Source: an uncultured Actinomycetes bacterium
GTDB lineage: Bacteria; Actinomycetota; Thermoleophilia; Gaiellales; Gaiellaceae
DNA: 64,000 nucleotides
Assembly: GCA_963754265.1 (NCBI GenBank)
Contig: CAVWFB010000003.1
Location: forward strand, 151,888 to 215,887
Direction of reading: 5' to 3'
Below, in pieces: positions 15,446-24,538 of the stretch. Under the pieces are notes generated by a model that saw only the letters and a list, made by a program, of their open reading frames with translations, ran no database searches and had not been told where the DNA came from. Position numbers and translations under genes: made by a program. How positions within the stretch are numbered: position 1 is the first letter of the stretch; every line of letters starts with the position of its first letter.

Positions 15446-16461
15446 ATGAGCGAACGGATCTACGTACAGACCAACGACGCGGAGCGAAACGAGATCGTGG
15501 CGTTCGACCGCTCGGCCGACGGCCGGCTCGAGCGCCTCGGCACCTTCGACACCGGCGGGCGGGGGACCGGGAAGCCCCACCTCGCCTCACAGAGCTCGAT
15601 CGTGCTAAACGGCGAGGGCACGCTGCTGCTCGTCGCCAATGCCGGCAGCGACGAAATCTCGCTGTTCACCGTCGAGCCCGACGGGCTACTGCTCGTGGCG
15701 CAGGCTCCGTCGGGCGGAAGCACCCCGACGAGCATCGCGGTACACGGCGAGCTCGCATACGTCCTCAACAACGGCCAGCCCGGGATCAGCGGCTTTTCGC
15801 TCTCGAACGGTGGCCTCGCCCCGATCGAGGGCTCCTCACGGCCGCTCGACCCCGCCGCCGATCCCGCGCAGATCGCCTTCAGCCCCAACGGTCGCACGAT
15901 CGTCATCACCGAGCGCGGCACCAACGCATCAGCGCGTTCACCGTCGACGACCGCGGCTACGCGGACGGGCCGGCCACGATCGCGTCGTCGGGCACGACTC
16001 CCTATGGCTTCGACTTCGCAGAGGACGCCGTGATCGTGACCGAGGCCTTCGGCGGCGAGATCGGCGCCGCGGCGGCCTCGTCGTACTCGCTCGCGGAGCC
16101 GGGGCGGCTCGCACCCGTCAGCGCCTCGATCGGCGACACGCGCAGCGAGGTGTGCTGGGCGGCGATCACGAACGACGGCCGCTTCGCCTACGTGACGAAC
16201 TTCGGCGACGGCACGATCTCCAGCTACGCGATCGGCGGCGACGGCAGCATCGAGCTGCTCGAGCCCGTCGCCGCCTCGACGCGCAGTGGCGAGAAGGGCA
16301 TCCGCGACGAGGCGATCAGCCGCGACGGGCGCTACCTGTACGCGATCGATGCGGACGCGCAGCGGGTGTACGGGTGGACGGTCGGCGGCGACGGCCGGCT
16401 CGCGCCCGTGGGCGAGTTCGAGGGGGTCCCGGCCACCGTCGCCGGGATCGCGGCAAGCTAG
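15446..16461 (+). CDS. 7-bladed beta-propeller lactonase family protein (YbhE/6-phosphogluconolactonase-like), frame break near 15927
   Basis: SD 'GGAGGG' precedes ATG 15446. Track ORFs 15446..16033 and 16030..16461 join as '..ITERGTNA|ISAFTVDDRGYADGPATIASSGTTPYGFDF..'. Recurring motifs include 'LLVANAGSDEISLF', 'YVLNNGQPGISGF', 'AYVTNFGDGTISSY' and 'LYAIDADAQRVYGW'. Confidence 0.75.
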
Positions 16462-16464
16462 CCG

Positions 16465-17061
16465 ATGATCTTCTCGCGAGGCTTCAAAGGGCGGCGCCAG
16501 GACGGCCCGCCGGACCGGGTCCCGCCCGGCCAGTACCTGACCGACGACTTCCCCGTGCTCTCTGCCGGGCCGACGCCGCACACGCCGCTCGAGGAGTGGA
16601 CGTTCTCGATCGAGGGCGGCGCCGAGCCGGTCAGCTGGACCTGGGACGAGTTCCGGCAGCTTCCGAGCGAGACGGTCACGAAGGACATCCACTGCGTCAC
16701 CAAGTGGTCGAAGCTCGACACGGTCTGGGAGGGCGTCTCGGTCGACACCCTTCTGGACCAGGTCGAGCACGATGCCGAGTACATGCTGGCGTTCTGCGAC
16801 GGCGGCTACACGACCAACCTGCCGCTCGAGGACGTGACGGACGGCAAGGCGTGGGTGGCATTCGTTTACGGCGGCGAGCCGCTCGAGCCCGAGCACGGCG
16901 GGCCCGCGAGGCTGCTCGTGCCGCACCTCTACTTCTGGAAGAGCGCGAAGTGGGTGCGCGGCCTCAGCCTCCGGGAGGAGGACGAGCCCGGCTTCTGGGA
17001 GACGAACGGCTACCACATTCGCGGTGACCCCTGGCTGGAACAGCGCTATTGGGGCGACTGA
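16465..17061 (+). CDS. sulfite-oxidase-like molybdopterin-binding oxidoreductase (YedY/MsrP-like catalytic domain)
   Basis: 198 aa, with 'PPGQYLTDDFPVLSAGPTP', 'DIHCVTKWSKLDTVWEGV' and 'GGPARLLVPHLYFWKSAKWVRGL', all typical of the family. Confidence 0.8.
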   Translation: MIFSRGFKGRRQDGPPDRVPPGQYLTDDFPVLSAGPTPHTPLEEWTFSIEGGAEPVSWTWDEFRQLPSETVTKDIHCVTKWSKLDTVWEGVSVDTLLDQVEHDAEYMLAFCDGGYTTNLPLEDVTDGKAWVAFVYGGEPLEPEHGGPARLLVPHLYFWKSAKWVRGLSLREEDEPGFWETNGYHIRGDPWLEQRYWGD

Positions 17062-17771
17062 CGTGGCTGGCCGCCACGGTGGCCGGCGGCAGGTGGGAGA
17101 CGCCGCGCGTGCGGACGCTCGAGCTCGAGGTTCCCGGCTGGGCGGGCCACGTGGCCGGCCAGCACCTCGACGTGCGCCTGACCGCGGAAGACGGCTACCA
17201 GGCGGAGCGGAGCTACTCGGTCGGATCGGCTCCTGGCGAGCTACTTGCGGTCACCGTGGAGAGGCTCGCGGACGGCGAGGTCTCGCCGTACCTCGTCGAC
17301 GAGGCGCGGGAGGGGGACGCCTTTGAGGTGCGCGGCCCGATCGGCGGCTACTTCGTCTGGGAGCCCGACGACCCCGCGCCGGTGCTGCTCGTCGCCGGAG
17401 GCTCGGGCGTCGTGCCGCTGATGTCGATGGCGCGAGCTCGCGCCCGCGACCGAAGCAGCACGCCGATGCGGCTGCTCTTCTCGTCGCGCACGCTCGAGGA
17501 CGTGATCTACCGCGAGGAGCTCGAGGATCTCGCCGGCAACGGCTTCGAGGTCGTGCATACCCTTACGCGCGAGCAACCGCCGGACTGGAGCGGCTACAGC
17601 CGGCGCATCGACGACGACCTGCTCCGCGACGTAGCCTGGCCCGCCGCGGACGAGCCGAAGGTCTTCGTCTGCGGCTCGACCCGCTTCGTCGACGCCGGAG
17701 CGGACGGGCTCGTCCGCCTCGGCTACGACCCGCGTTGGATCCGGACCGAGCGCTTCGGAGCGACGGGCTGA
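17049..17771 (+). CDS. ferredoxin-NADP reductase-like FAD/NAD(P)-binding oxidoreductase
   Basis: FNR-like motifs 'RSYSVGS', 'EVRGPIGGYF', 'VLLVAGGSGVVPLMSM' and 'VFVCGSTRFV'. The TTG start overlaps the upstream gene end by 13 nt. Confidence 0.8.
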   Translation: MGRLTWLAATVAGGRWETPRVRTLELEVPGWAGHVAGQHLDVRLTAEDGYQAERSYSVGSAPGELLAVTVERLADGEVSPYLVDEAREGDAFEVRGPIGGYFVWEPDDPAPVLLVAGGSGVVPLMSMARARARDRSSTPMRLLFSSRTLEDVIYREELEDLAGNGFEVVHTLTREQPPDWSGYSRRIDDDLLRDVAWPAADEPKVFVCGSTRFVDAGADGLVRLGYDPRWIRTERFGATG

Positions 17772-18034
17772 TGGAGATGCGCGACCTGGTTCTCGACGGG
17801 AACGCGATCGGCGGGCTCCTCCACGAGCTCTTCGGCACCGAGCTGACGGCCGCCCCCTGCGTCTGCGCCGGCTGCGGGGCGCGTGAGGAGATGGCGCGGC
17901 TCGACGTCTACCTGCACGCCCCCGGAGTCGTCGTCCGCTGCCGCCACTGCGAGAACGTGATGATCAGGATCGTCCGCAGCCCGACCCGCACCTGGATCGA
18001 CCTCGGCGGGACCAGCGGGCTCGAGCTCGGCTAG
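17771..18034 (+). CDS. small Zn-ribbon-like protein (DUF6510-like)
   Basis: ATG 17771 overlaps the upstream TGA. 'CVCAGCG...RCRHCENV' provides two CxxC pairs. 87 aa. Confidence 0.6.
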   Translation: MEMRDLVLDGNAIGGLLHELFGTELTAAPCVCAGCGAREEMARLDVYLHAPGVVVRCRHCENVMIRIVRSPTRTWIDLGGTSGLELG

Positions 18035-18043
18035 GGTCGCCGC

Positions 18044-18145
18044 ATGCGGAGACGGTTCGAGCGGGCGATCCTGGGCGTGCTGATGAGCGCGGTGGCCTTT
18101 CTGGTCGAGCGCCGAATCGTCAAGGCGCTGGCGAAGCGGCGCTAG
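18044..18145 (+). CDS. possible 33-aa membrane peptide
   Basis: 'MRRRFERAILGVLMSAVAFLVERRIVKALAKRR'. It is below the track cutoff, and its only support is a clean hydrophobic core flanked by basic residues. Confidence 0.3.
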   Translation: MRRRFERAILGVLMSAVAFLVERRIVKALAKRR

Positions 18146-19725
18146 CCCTTCCGGCCACGGAAGAGGTCGAGCAGCAGAAGCAGCGTCAGGCCTCCGGCGA
18201 GCGCCCCCAGGCTCGACGGCACCCAGCGCTCGACGTTTTGCGCTGCGGCGGTCGTCCCGGTGGCGACGAGGGCGGAGCCGGCGGTGATCGCGAGCGCCAG
18301 TCGTCTAGCCGCGACCGTCACCGTGTGCTCCAGCGGCCTGATCCCGCGCACGTCCACCTGCAGCCGCTGGCCGGGCCGCGCGCCCGAGATCCGCTCGAAC
18401 GACTCGACCAGCCGCTCGCCGCGCACCTTCAGCTTCTGGACGTCGTAGAAGAGCCGCTTCGGGTCGGCGCCGGCCTGGGCGCGGGCGACGAGGTTCTTCA
18501 TCAGGAAGCGCCCGACGACCGAGAAGGGATCGAGCTCCGGGTCGAGCTCGGTCGCCGCGAGCTGCATCTGCGCGAGCGCCTTCCCCGTCAGGACGAGCGA
18601 CGCGGGCAGCCGAACGCCGTGCTGGGTCGAGGTGTGCGCGACTTCCTGGAGCAACGGCCCGAGCGAGATCTCGCCGAGCGAGGCGTGACGGTAGCGGCGC
18701 AGGAGCTGGGTCAGGTCGGCCTCGAGGCCCGCGGCGTCGGCCTCTTCGGCTTCGGGGCCGGCCATGATCAAGACGACCTCGGTCATGAAGGGCACGTCCT
18801 CCTGCCAGAAGGCGAGCAGCAGGAGCAGGAGCTGGCCGCGCATCTCCGGCGAGAGCTCGCCGACCATGCCGAAGTCGAGGAAGTAGATGCGCTCGTTCCA
18901 CCAGAGCATGTTCCCGGGGTGCGGGTCGGCGTGGAAGAACCCCTCGACGAGGATCTGGCGGTAATAGCACTCGAGCAGCTGCCGGGCGGACTCGCCGCGC
19001 GCGGGCCCTTCGGGGATCTCGCGCACCGGAACGCCCGCGATCTCCTCGAGGACGAGCAGGCGGCTCGTCGAAAGCTCCTCGTAGACGCGCGGAGCGCCGA
19101 GCCGCGGGAAGGCGCCGAGCGCCGCTCGCAGCCGTTCGACGTTCTTCGCTTCGAGCTCGAAGTCGAGCTCCCGGCGCAGCGACTCGGAGAGGTGCTCGAT
19201 CGCCGCCTGGAGGTCGACGATCTTCCGGAGCGCCTGGCGATTCGCGGTCTTCTGGGCGAAGAGCTCGAGCAGGCTGAGGTCGCGCATGATGTCGCTCTCG
19301 GCGGTCGGCCGCTGCACCTTGATGACCACGCGCTCGCCGTTGTCGAGGACAGCCCGGTGGACCTGACCGATCGTCCCCGCGGCGAGCGGCTCCGGCTCGA
19401 CCGAGGCGAAGACGTCCTCCCACGGCACCCCCAGCTCCTGCTCCATCACGAGCACGACCTCGTGCTCGTCCAGCGGGGTCACCTGGTCCTGGAGCGCCGC
19501 GAGCTCGGCCACGGCCTCGGGTGGGATCAGGTCGGGGCGCGTCGAGAGGATCTGGCCGAGCTTGGCAAAGGTCGGACCCAGCTCCTCCAGGGCCTGGCGC
19601 AGCCGGCGTGCTCGGGCCTCGGGCGGGTCGGTGTCACGGCGGGCCTCGTTGAAGCCGTACTTGCCGAGCACGGTCGCGATCCGCGCGGCCCGGCCGAGCA
19701 GGCGCTCGTCGGCGGCGGCGCTCAC
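18142..19725 (-). CDS. ABC1/UbiB-family atypical kinase
   Basis: 527 aa. 'LEELGPTFAKLGQILSTRPDLIPPEAVAELAALQD', 'GTIGQVHRAVL', 'FFHADPHPGNMLW' and 'IYFLDFGMVG', with a C-terminal TM. Confidence 0.9.
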   Translation of the reverse strand: MSAAADERLLGRAARIATVLGKYGFNEARRDTDPPEARARRLRQALEELGPTFAKLGQILSTRPDLIPPEAVAELAALQDQVTPLDEHEVVLVMEQELGVPWEDVFASVEPEPLAAGTIGQVHRAVLDNGERVVIKVQRPTAESDIMRDLSLLELFAQKTANRQALRKIVDLQAAIEHLSESLRRELDFELEAKNVERLRAALGAFPRLGAPRVYEELSTSRLLVLEEIAGVPVREIPEGPARGESARQLLECYYRQILVEGFFHADPHPGNMLWWNERIYFLDFGMVGELSPEMRGQLLLLLLAFWQEDVPFMTEVVLIMAGPEAEEADAAGLEADLTQLLRRYRHASLGEISLGPLLQEVAHTSTQHGVRLPASLVLTGKALAQMQLAATELDPELDPFSVVGRFLMKNLVARAQAGADPKRLFYDVQKLKVRGERLVESFERISGARPGQRLQVDVRGIRPLEHTVTVAARRLALAITAGSALVATGTTAAAQNVERWVPSSLGALAGGLTLLLLLDLFRGRKG

Positions 19726-20150
19726 GAGCCTCCTCGCTGCGTGTGGACGATCACGACGGTGCAGGGCGCATTGTGCGAGACGCGGTTGGGAACGTTGTGC
19801 AGCAGAAACTCGCGGCGGCCGGTCATACCGACGCTCCCGACGACCAGCACGTCCGCCTTCTCACGGCGGGCGGACTCGACGATCGCCTCGGCCGGATCCG
19901 CGCCGATGACGACGGAGGAGCGGCCCCGCTCTCCGGCCAGGCTCTCCGCGTACTCGGCCAGCTCTCGTGTCGCCTCGGCGCGCGTCCCGTCGTCGGAGAG
20001 CAGCACGCGCAGGACGAACAGCTCGGCCCCGTAGCGCTCGGCCATCTCGGTCGCGAACCGGACCGCGCGCTCGGCGGTCTCGGACCGGTCCGTCGCCACC
20101 AGGACCCGGCGCACCGCGAGCCCGTCGTCGTTCTTGCGGCGTAGTCGCAC
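19722..20150 (-). CDS. universal stress protein (UspA family)
   Basis: 'RRVLVATDRSETAERAV', 'ADVLVVGSVGMTGRREFLLHNVPNRVSHNAPCTVVIV'. GTG 20150 is the likely start; the upstream part of the track ORF lies inside the LuxR gene. The stop overlaps the ubiB-like start by 4 nt. Confidence 0.8.
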   Translation of the reverse strand: MRLRRKNDDGLAVRRVLVATDRSETAERAVRFATEMAERYGAELFVLRVLLSDDGTRAEATRELAEYAESLAGERGRSSVVIGADPAEAIVESARREKADVLVVGSVGMTGRREFLLHNVPNRVSHNAPCTVVIVHTQRGGS

Positions 20151-23100
20151 TAGGTTTCCAGCGCCTGCGGGAGGTCGTTCCGCGAGCCGATGCCGAGCTT
20201 GCGGTAGACGTTGCTGAGGTGCACCTCGACGGTCTTCGTCGTCACGAAGAGCGTCTGCGCGATGTCCTTGTTCGAGAGGCCTTTCGCCGCGAAGTCGGCT
20301 ACGCGTCGCTCGCTGGCGGTCAGTGACTCCACGCCCGAGAGCAGCAGCCGCCGCGGCCGCGCGCCCGTCGCGGCCAGCTCCGCTTCCGCGTGCTCGACGA
20401 GCGGCTGCGAGCTGCACCGGACGGCAAGGTCGATGCCCTCCTTCAGCAGCTCGCGAGCCTCGGCGCGCTTGTTCGCGCGGCGCAGGGCAGCACCGAGCTC
20501 GACCATCGAGCGCGCGCGCTCGAGCTTGGCGGACGAGCGGTTGAGCACCTCGAGCGACTCGCGCAGGGTCGCGATCCCCTCGTCACCGCCCTGCGCGAGG
20601 CCGAGCGTGCGGAGCGCAACCCCGATCGGCCGGGGCGCTCCCCACTCGCGGGCAAGCTCGACCTCCTCCTCGGCGAGCTCGATCGCCTCCTCTCGCCGGT
20701 CGAGCCCGATCAGCGCGAGCGCGAGGTGGGATCGCCAGGCGACCATGGCCGGATTGCGCAGCTCGAAGGCCTCCATGCAGTTGCCCAGGCGCTCGAAGTC
20801 GGAGCGCGCGCCCTCGACGTTCCCGCGCGCAAGCCTCACCCAGCCGCGCGCTCCGAGAAAGAAGATCAGGTGCCCGCTGTGCGCCACCTCCTCCGGCAGC
20901 CCGAGCTCGGCCAGGGTGCTCTCCGCCGCCTCGAGCTCGCCGCGGTTCGTGAGGACGTCGGCGAGGTACGAGTGGAAGTAGATCGCGCCCTGCTGGGTCG
21001 GAAGGTACGGGACCAGGTTGTCCGACTCGCGCAGGTCGCACATGGCCGCGTCGAGGTCGCCGCGCTGGGCGAGCGTCAGCCCGCGGAAGCAGAGCATGTT
21101 CGAGAGGGTCACGAGCTCGCCGCGCTCCTTCGCCGCCGTCATCATCGCGTCGAAGAAACGGTCGATGGCCTCGTCGTTCTCCGCGAACATCAGGGCCGTT
21201 GCGGCACAGGAGATCGCCACCGAGGGCATGCTGTTGATCAGCGCCGCGATGGATTTCGGCTCCGCGACCCGGCTGACGGCCTCGCGGTTACTGCCGTGGC
21301 GGGCGTCGAAGTAGCGCAGGGTCGCCGTCATCACCGCACTGCCGACCTCGCCTACGAGCGCGTCCTCGTCGATGCGCAGGATCCGCTCGCGGGAGACGTC
21401 GATCACAGCGGTGTCGAACCCGGCCGAGTTGATCAGCTCGGCCTCGAGCAGCTCGCGCAGCTCCGGCTCCGAGTCGTCCAAGCGTGCGATCGCATCGTCG
21501 AGGACGCGGACGGCCTCGGGGCCGCGATTGAGGCGGAAGAGCGATCGGCCGAGCTCGAGCCCGACCCGGGCCCGCCGCAGCGGCTCCTCGATCGACTCGA
21601 GCGCCTCGGCGAGGTGCTCGGCCGCCGCGGAGATGTCGACGCGCTGCTCGGCGAGGCCGAGCTCGAGGAGCGTGTCCACGCGCACCTCCTCCGCCGGCGG
21701 CTCGGCGAGCGCGCGCCGCAGGTAGCGGGCCGCGGCCTCCGGAGCCCCTCGGACGAGCGCGCGGTCGGCCGCGATTCGCAGCGTCTCGACGACGAAGCCG
21801 TCGCCCGCGGGCGGCACCAGGTCGAGGTGGGCGGCGACGCGCTCCGGCTCGGCGTCGCTCTCGTCGAGGAGCTGGGCCGCCCGGCGATGGGCCGTCAGCC
21901 GCTGAGTCGGCTCGATCGACTCGTAGACGGCGGTACGCACGACGGGGTGGACGAACTCGACGTTCAGCGTCGACACGTGCAACAGGTCGGTGCGGGCGAG
22001 CGAGCTCGCGGCGAGCGACGCGAGGTGCTTGTCGTCGAGCTCCGCGAGCTCGGCCGCATGCTGGAGCTCGGCGCCGTCGCCGAGCACGGCGACCGCAACG
22101 GCCAGCCGCCTCGCCTCGGTGGGAAGCCGCGACAGCCGCAGCGTCACCGCGCGCGTCACCGCCTCCGGCCCGATCTCGCGCACCCGCCCGGCGTTCTCGG
22201 CCGTCGGCGAGAAGCCCTCGCCGTGGATCGCGTCGAGGATCGCCCGCAGGAACAGCGGGTTGCCGCCGGTGGCCGCGTGGCACGCGACGACGAACGGCTC
22301 CTCGGGCTCGACCTTGAACTCGTCCCGGGCCAGCGAGGCGACCGAGGTGACGCTCAACGCGGTCGGCCTGATCACCAGCGCCGAGGGATCGGCGATCAGC
22401 TCGGTCAGCAGTTCTTTCTCGACGCTCTGCTCGGGTGGGCGCAGGCCGAGGACGACGAGCAGCGGCAGCCCCTCGAGCCGGCGTGCGAGGTAGGTGAGCC
22501 AGCGCAGCGTGGGCGCGTCCGTCCAGTGCAGGTCGTCGATCACGATTGCCGTCGGACTGTGCGCAGCCAGGTTCGCCGCGAGCCAGTAGAGCCCGTGCAG
22601 GACGGCGAAGGAGACATCACCCGAGGCGGCGCCGGTCAGCTCCTCGTCGCCGAAGAGCCGGTCCGCCAGCCCGGCGGTGCCAGCCATCAGCTCCTCTCGC
22701 TCGTCGAGCGGAAGCGAGGCCAGGTAGGGCTCGAAGAGCTGGCGCACGACGCCGTAGGCGAACTCCTGCTCGAGATCCGCGCTGCGCGCCACGAGCACCT
22801 CGAAGCCTGTCTCGGCGGCGAGCGCCCGCGCCTCGGCCACGAGCCGGGTCTTGCCCATCCCGGCGCGGCCCTCGATCGCGATCACCCGCCCGGCTCCCGA
22901 GTACGCCGCGTCCACCACGGCGTTCATGGCGGCGAGCTCGGCCTCGCGCTCGAGCAGCGGGACGCGCGAGACCTGAACTTCGGTCCGCCTGCGGGGCGCG
23001 CGTGGCCTGGCCTTAGTCAGCTCACGCACGGATAGCGGCGGGAACTCGTCCTCCAGGCCCGGGCCGGCCAGTTGGTAGAGGCGCTCGGGACGGTCGAAGT

Positions 23101-23608
23101 CGGGCAGCGTGACCTCCCCCAGATCGACCAGCTCGAGCTCCCTCGGCAGGTCGTGGCGCACGAGGCCGGCCGTCGTGTTCGAGATCAGCACCTGGCCGCC
23201 GTGCCCCGCGTCGCCGATGCGCGCCGCCTGGTGCACCGCGTAGCCGACGTACCCGTCGCTGCCCACATTCGCCTCGCCGGTGTGAAGGCCCATACGCACG
23301 CGCAGGGCGATTCCCTCCGGCCACTCATGCGAGGCCAGGACGGCCTGGGCGGCTCCGGCGGCCGTGACCCCCGCGCCCGCGCTGCGAAAGACGACGAAGA
23401 AGGAATCGCCCTTGGTTTCGATCTCGATCCCGCCCGCGTCGGTAAAGGCCTTGCGCAGCAGTTTGTTGTGCATCGAGAGAACCTCGCCGTAGCGGTCGCG
23501 GCCGAGGCTCTTGAGCAGCCGCGTCGAGCCCTCGATATCGGTGAACAGGAAGGTCACCGTGCCCGTGGGCAGGCCAGTTGAAGCCTCACGAATTGCAGGA
23601 ACGCTCAC
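20150..23608 (-). CDS. cyclase-domain / AAA(STAND)-ATPase / TPR / LuxR-HTH multidomain transcriptional regulator
   Basis: N-terminal class III cyclase 'GTVTFLFTDIEGSTRLL', P-loop 'IEGRAGMGKTRL', a long helical repeat region, and C-terminal 'LTASERRVADFAAKGLSNKDIAQTLFVTTKTVEVHLSNVYRKLGI'. I chose GTG 23608 as the start because 23609-23707 is lower-GC and non-coding-looking; ATG 23707 is the alternative. Confidence 0.85.
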   Translation of the reverse strand: MSVPAIREASTGLPTGTVTFLFTDIEGSTRLLKSLGRDRYGEVLSMHNKLLRKAFTDAGGIEIETKGDSFFVVFRSAGAGVTAAGAAQAVLASHEWPEGIALRVRMGLHTGEANVGSDGYVGYAVHQAARIGDAGHGGQVLISNTTAGLVRHDLPRELELVDLGEVTLPDFDRPERLYQLAGPGLEDEFPPLSVRELTKARPRAPRRRTEVQVSRVPLLEREAELAAMNAVVDAAYSGAGRVIAIEGRAGMGKTRLVAEARALAAETGFEVLVARSADLEQEFAYGVVRQLFEPYLASLPLDEREELMAGTAGLADRLFGDEELTGAASGDVSFAVLHGLYWLAANLAAHSPTAIVIDDLHWTDAPTLRWLTYLARRLEGLPLLVVLGLRPPEQSVEKELLTELIADPSALVIRPTALSVTSVASLARDEFKVEPEEPFVVACHAATGGNPLFLRAILDAIHGEGFSPTAENAGRVREIGPEAVTRAVTLRLSRLPTEARRLAVAVAVLGDGAELQHAAELAELDDKHLASLAASSLARTDLLHVSTLNVEFVHPVVRTAVYESIEPTQRLTAHRRAAQLLDESDAEPERVAAHLDLVPPAGDGFVVETLRIAADRALVRGAPEAAARYLRRALAEPPAEEVRVDTLLELGLAEQRVDISAAAEHLAEALESIEEPLRRARVGLELGRSLFRLNRGPEAVRVLDDAIARLDDSEPELRELLEAELINSAGFDTAVIDVSRERILRIDEDALVGEVGSAVMTATLRYFDARHGSNREAVSRVAEPKSIAALINSMPSVAISCAATALMFAENDEAIDRFFDAMMTAAKERGELVTLSNMLCFRGLTLAQRGDLDAAMCDLRESDNLVPYLPTQQGAIYFHSYLADVLTNRGELEAAESTLAELGLPEEVAHSGHLIFFLGARGWVRLARGNVEGARSDFERLGNCMEAFELRNPAMVAWRSHLALALIGLDRREEAIELAEEEVELAREWGAPRPIGVALRTLGLAQGGDEGIATLRESLEVLNRSSAKLERARSMVELGAALRRANKRAEARELLKEGIDLAVRCSSQPLVEHAEAELAATGARPRRLLLSGVESLTASERRVADFAAKGLSNKDIAQTLFVTTKTVEVHLSNVYRKLGIGSRNDLPQALET

Positions 23609-23667
23609 GTTTCGATCCCCGATCGACGACCCGGAAACGCCAATTGTAGAGCCAAACGAACGAAACC

Positions 23668-23695
23668 TTGGGGGTCGGTTTAGGGGCGCCCCCAA
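23668..23695. promoter_or_regulatory. inverted repeat TTGGGGG-N14-CCCCCAA in the divergent regulator/ABC intergenic region
   Basis: 'TTGGGGG' at 23668-23674 and 'CCCCCAA' at 23689-23695, with an embedded GGGGCGCCCC palindrome. It lies between the LuxR-type gene start and ATG 23759. Confidence 0.25.
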
Positions 23696-23758
23696 TGCGA
23701 AGGACACCTGCGCGCGCGAAGACTGCGGCTATTACCAAGACCCAGTAGGAGGAAAGCC

Positions 23759-24538
23759 ATGTCCACGACCGCAATCGCCGCCGAAGTCCTTCCGGAGGTC
23801 TCCGCAGAGCCTCTCGTCGCAGCCTCCGCCACCGACCTCGTCCGCCGGTACGGCGAGGGCGCCACCTCGGTCGAGGCCCTGCGCGGCGTCTCGCTCGACG
23901 TCGCCGACGGCAAGCTGACCGCGATCATGGGCCCTTCGGGCTCCGGCAAGTCGACTCTGATGCACATCCTCGCCGGGCTCGACCGGCCGACGAGCGGCAG
24001 CGTGCTGCTCGACGGCGTCGAGATCACCAACCTCCCCGACAAGAAGCTGACGATGCTCCGGCGGGACAAGATCGGCTTCGTCTTCCAGTTCTTCAACCTC
24101 CTCCCGATGCTCACCGCCGAGGAGAACGTCGTCTTGCCCCTCATGATCGCCGGCCGCAAGCCGGAGCGCGAGTGGGTCGACGGCCTGCTCGAGACGTTCG
24201 GCCTCACCGATCGGCGCTCGCACAAGCCCGCGCAGCTCTCCGGCGGGCAGCAGCAGCGCGTCGCGCTGGCCCGCGCGCTCGTCACGAAGCCGAAGGTGAT
24301 CTTCGCCGACGAGCCGACCGGCAACCTCGACTCGGCCTCCAGCGGCGAGGTGCTCGAGCTGCTGCGCCGCTCGGTCGACGAGCTCGGCCAGACCACCGTG
24401 ATGGTGACGCACGACCCGCGCGCGGCCGCCATGGCCGACCGGATCCTGTTCATCGCCGACGGCCTGATCGTCAAGGACATCTCCGAGTCCACCGCGGTGG
24501 AGGTGCTCGCTGCGATGCAGGAGGTGACCGGCCGATGA
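23759..24538 (+). CDS. ABC transporter ATP-binding protein (MacB/LolD/FtsE-type)
   Basis: SD 'AGGAGGAAAG'. Walker A 'GPSGSGKST', signature 'LSGGQQQRVALARAL', Walker B 'VIFADEPTGNLD'. Confidence 0.9.
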   Translation: MSTTAIAAEVLPEVSAEPLVAASATDLVRRYGEGATSVEALRGVSLDVADGKLTAIMGPSGSGKSTLMHILAGLDRPTSGSVLLDGVEITNLPDKKLTMLRRDKIGFVFQFFNLLPMLTAEENVVLPLMIAGRKPEREWVDGLLETFGLTDRRSHKPAQLSGGQQQRVALARALVTKPKVIFADEPTGNLDSASSGEVLELLRRSVDELGQTTVMVTHDPRAAAMADRILFIADGLIVKDISESTAVEVLAAMQEVTGR

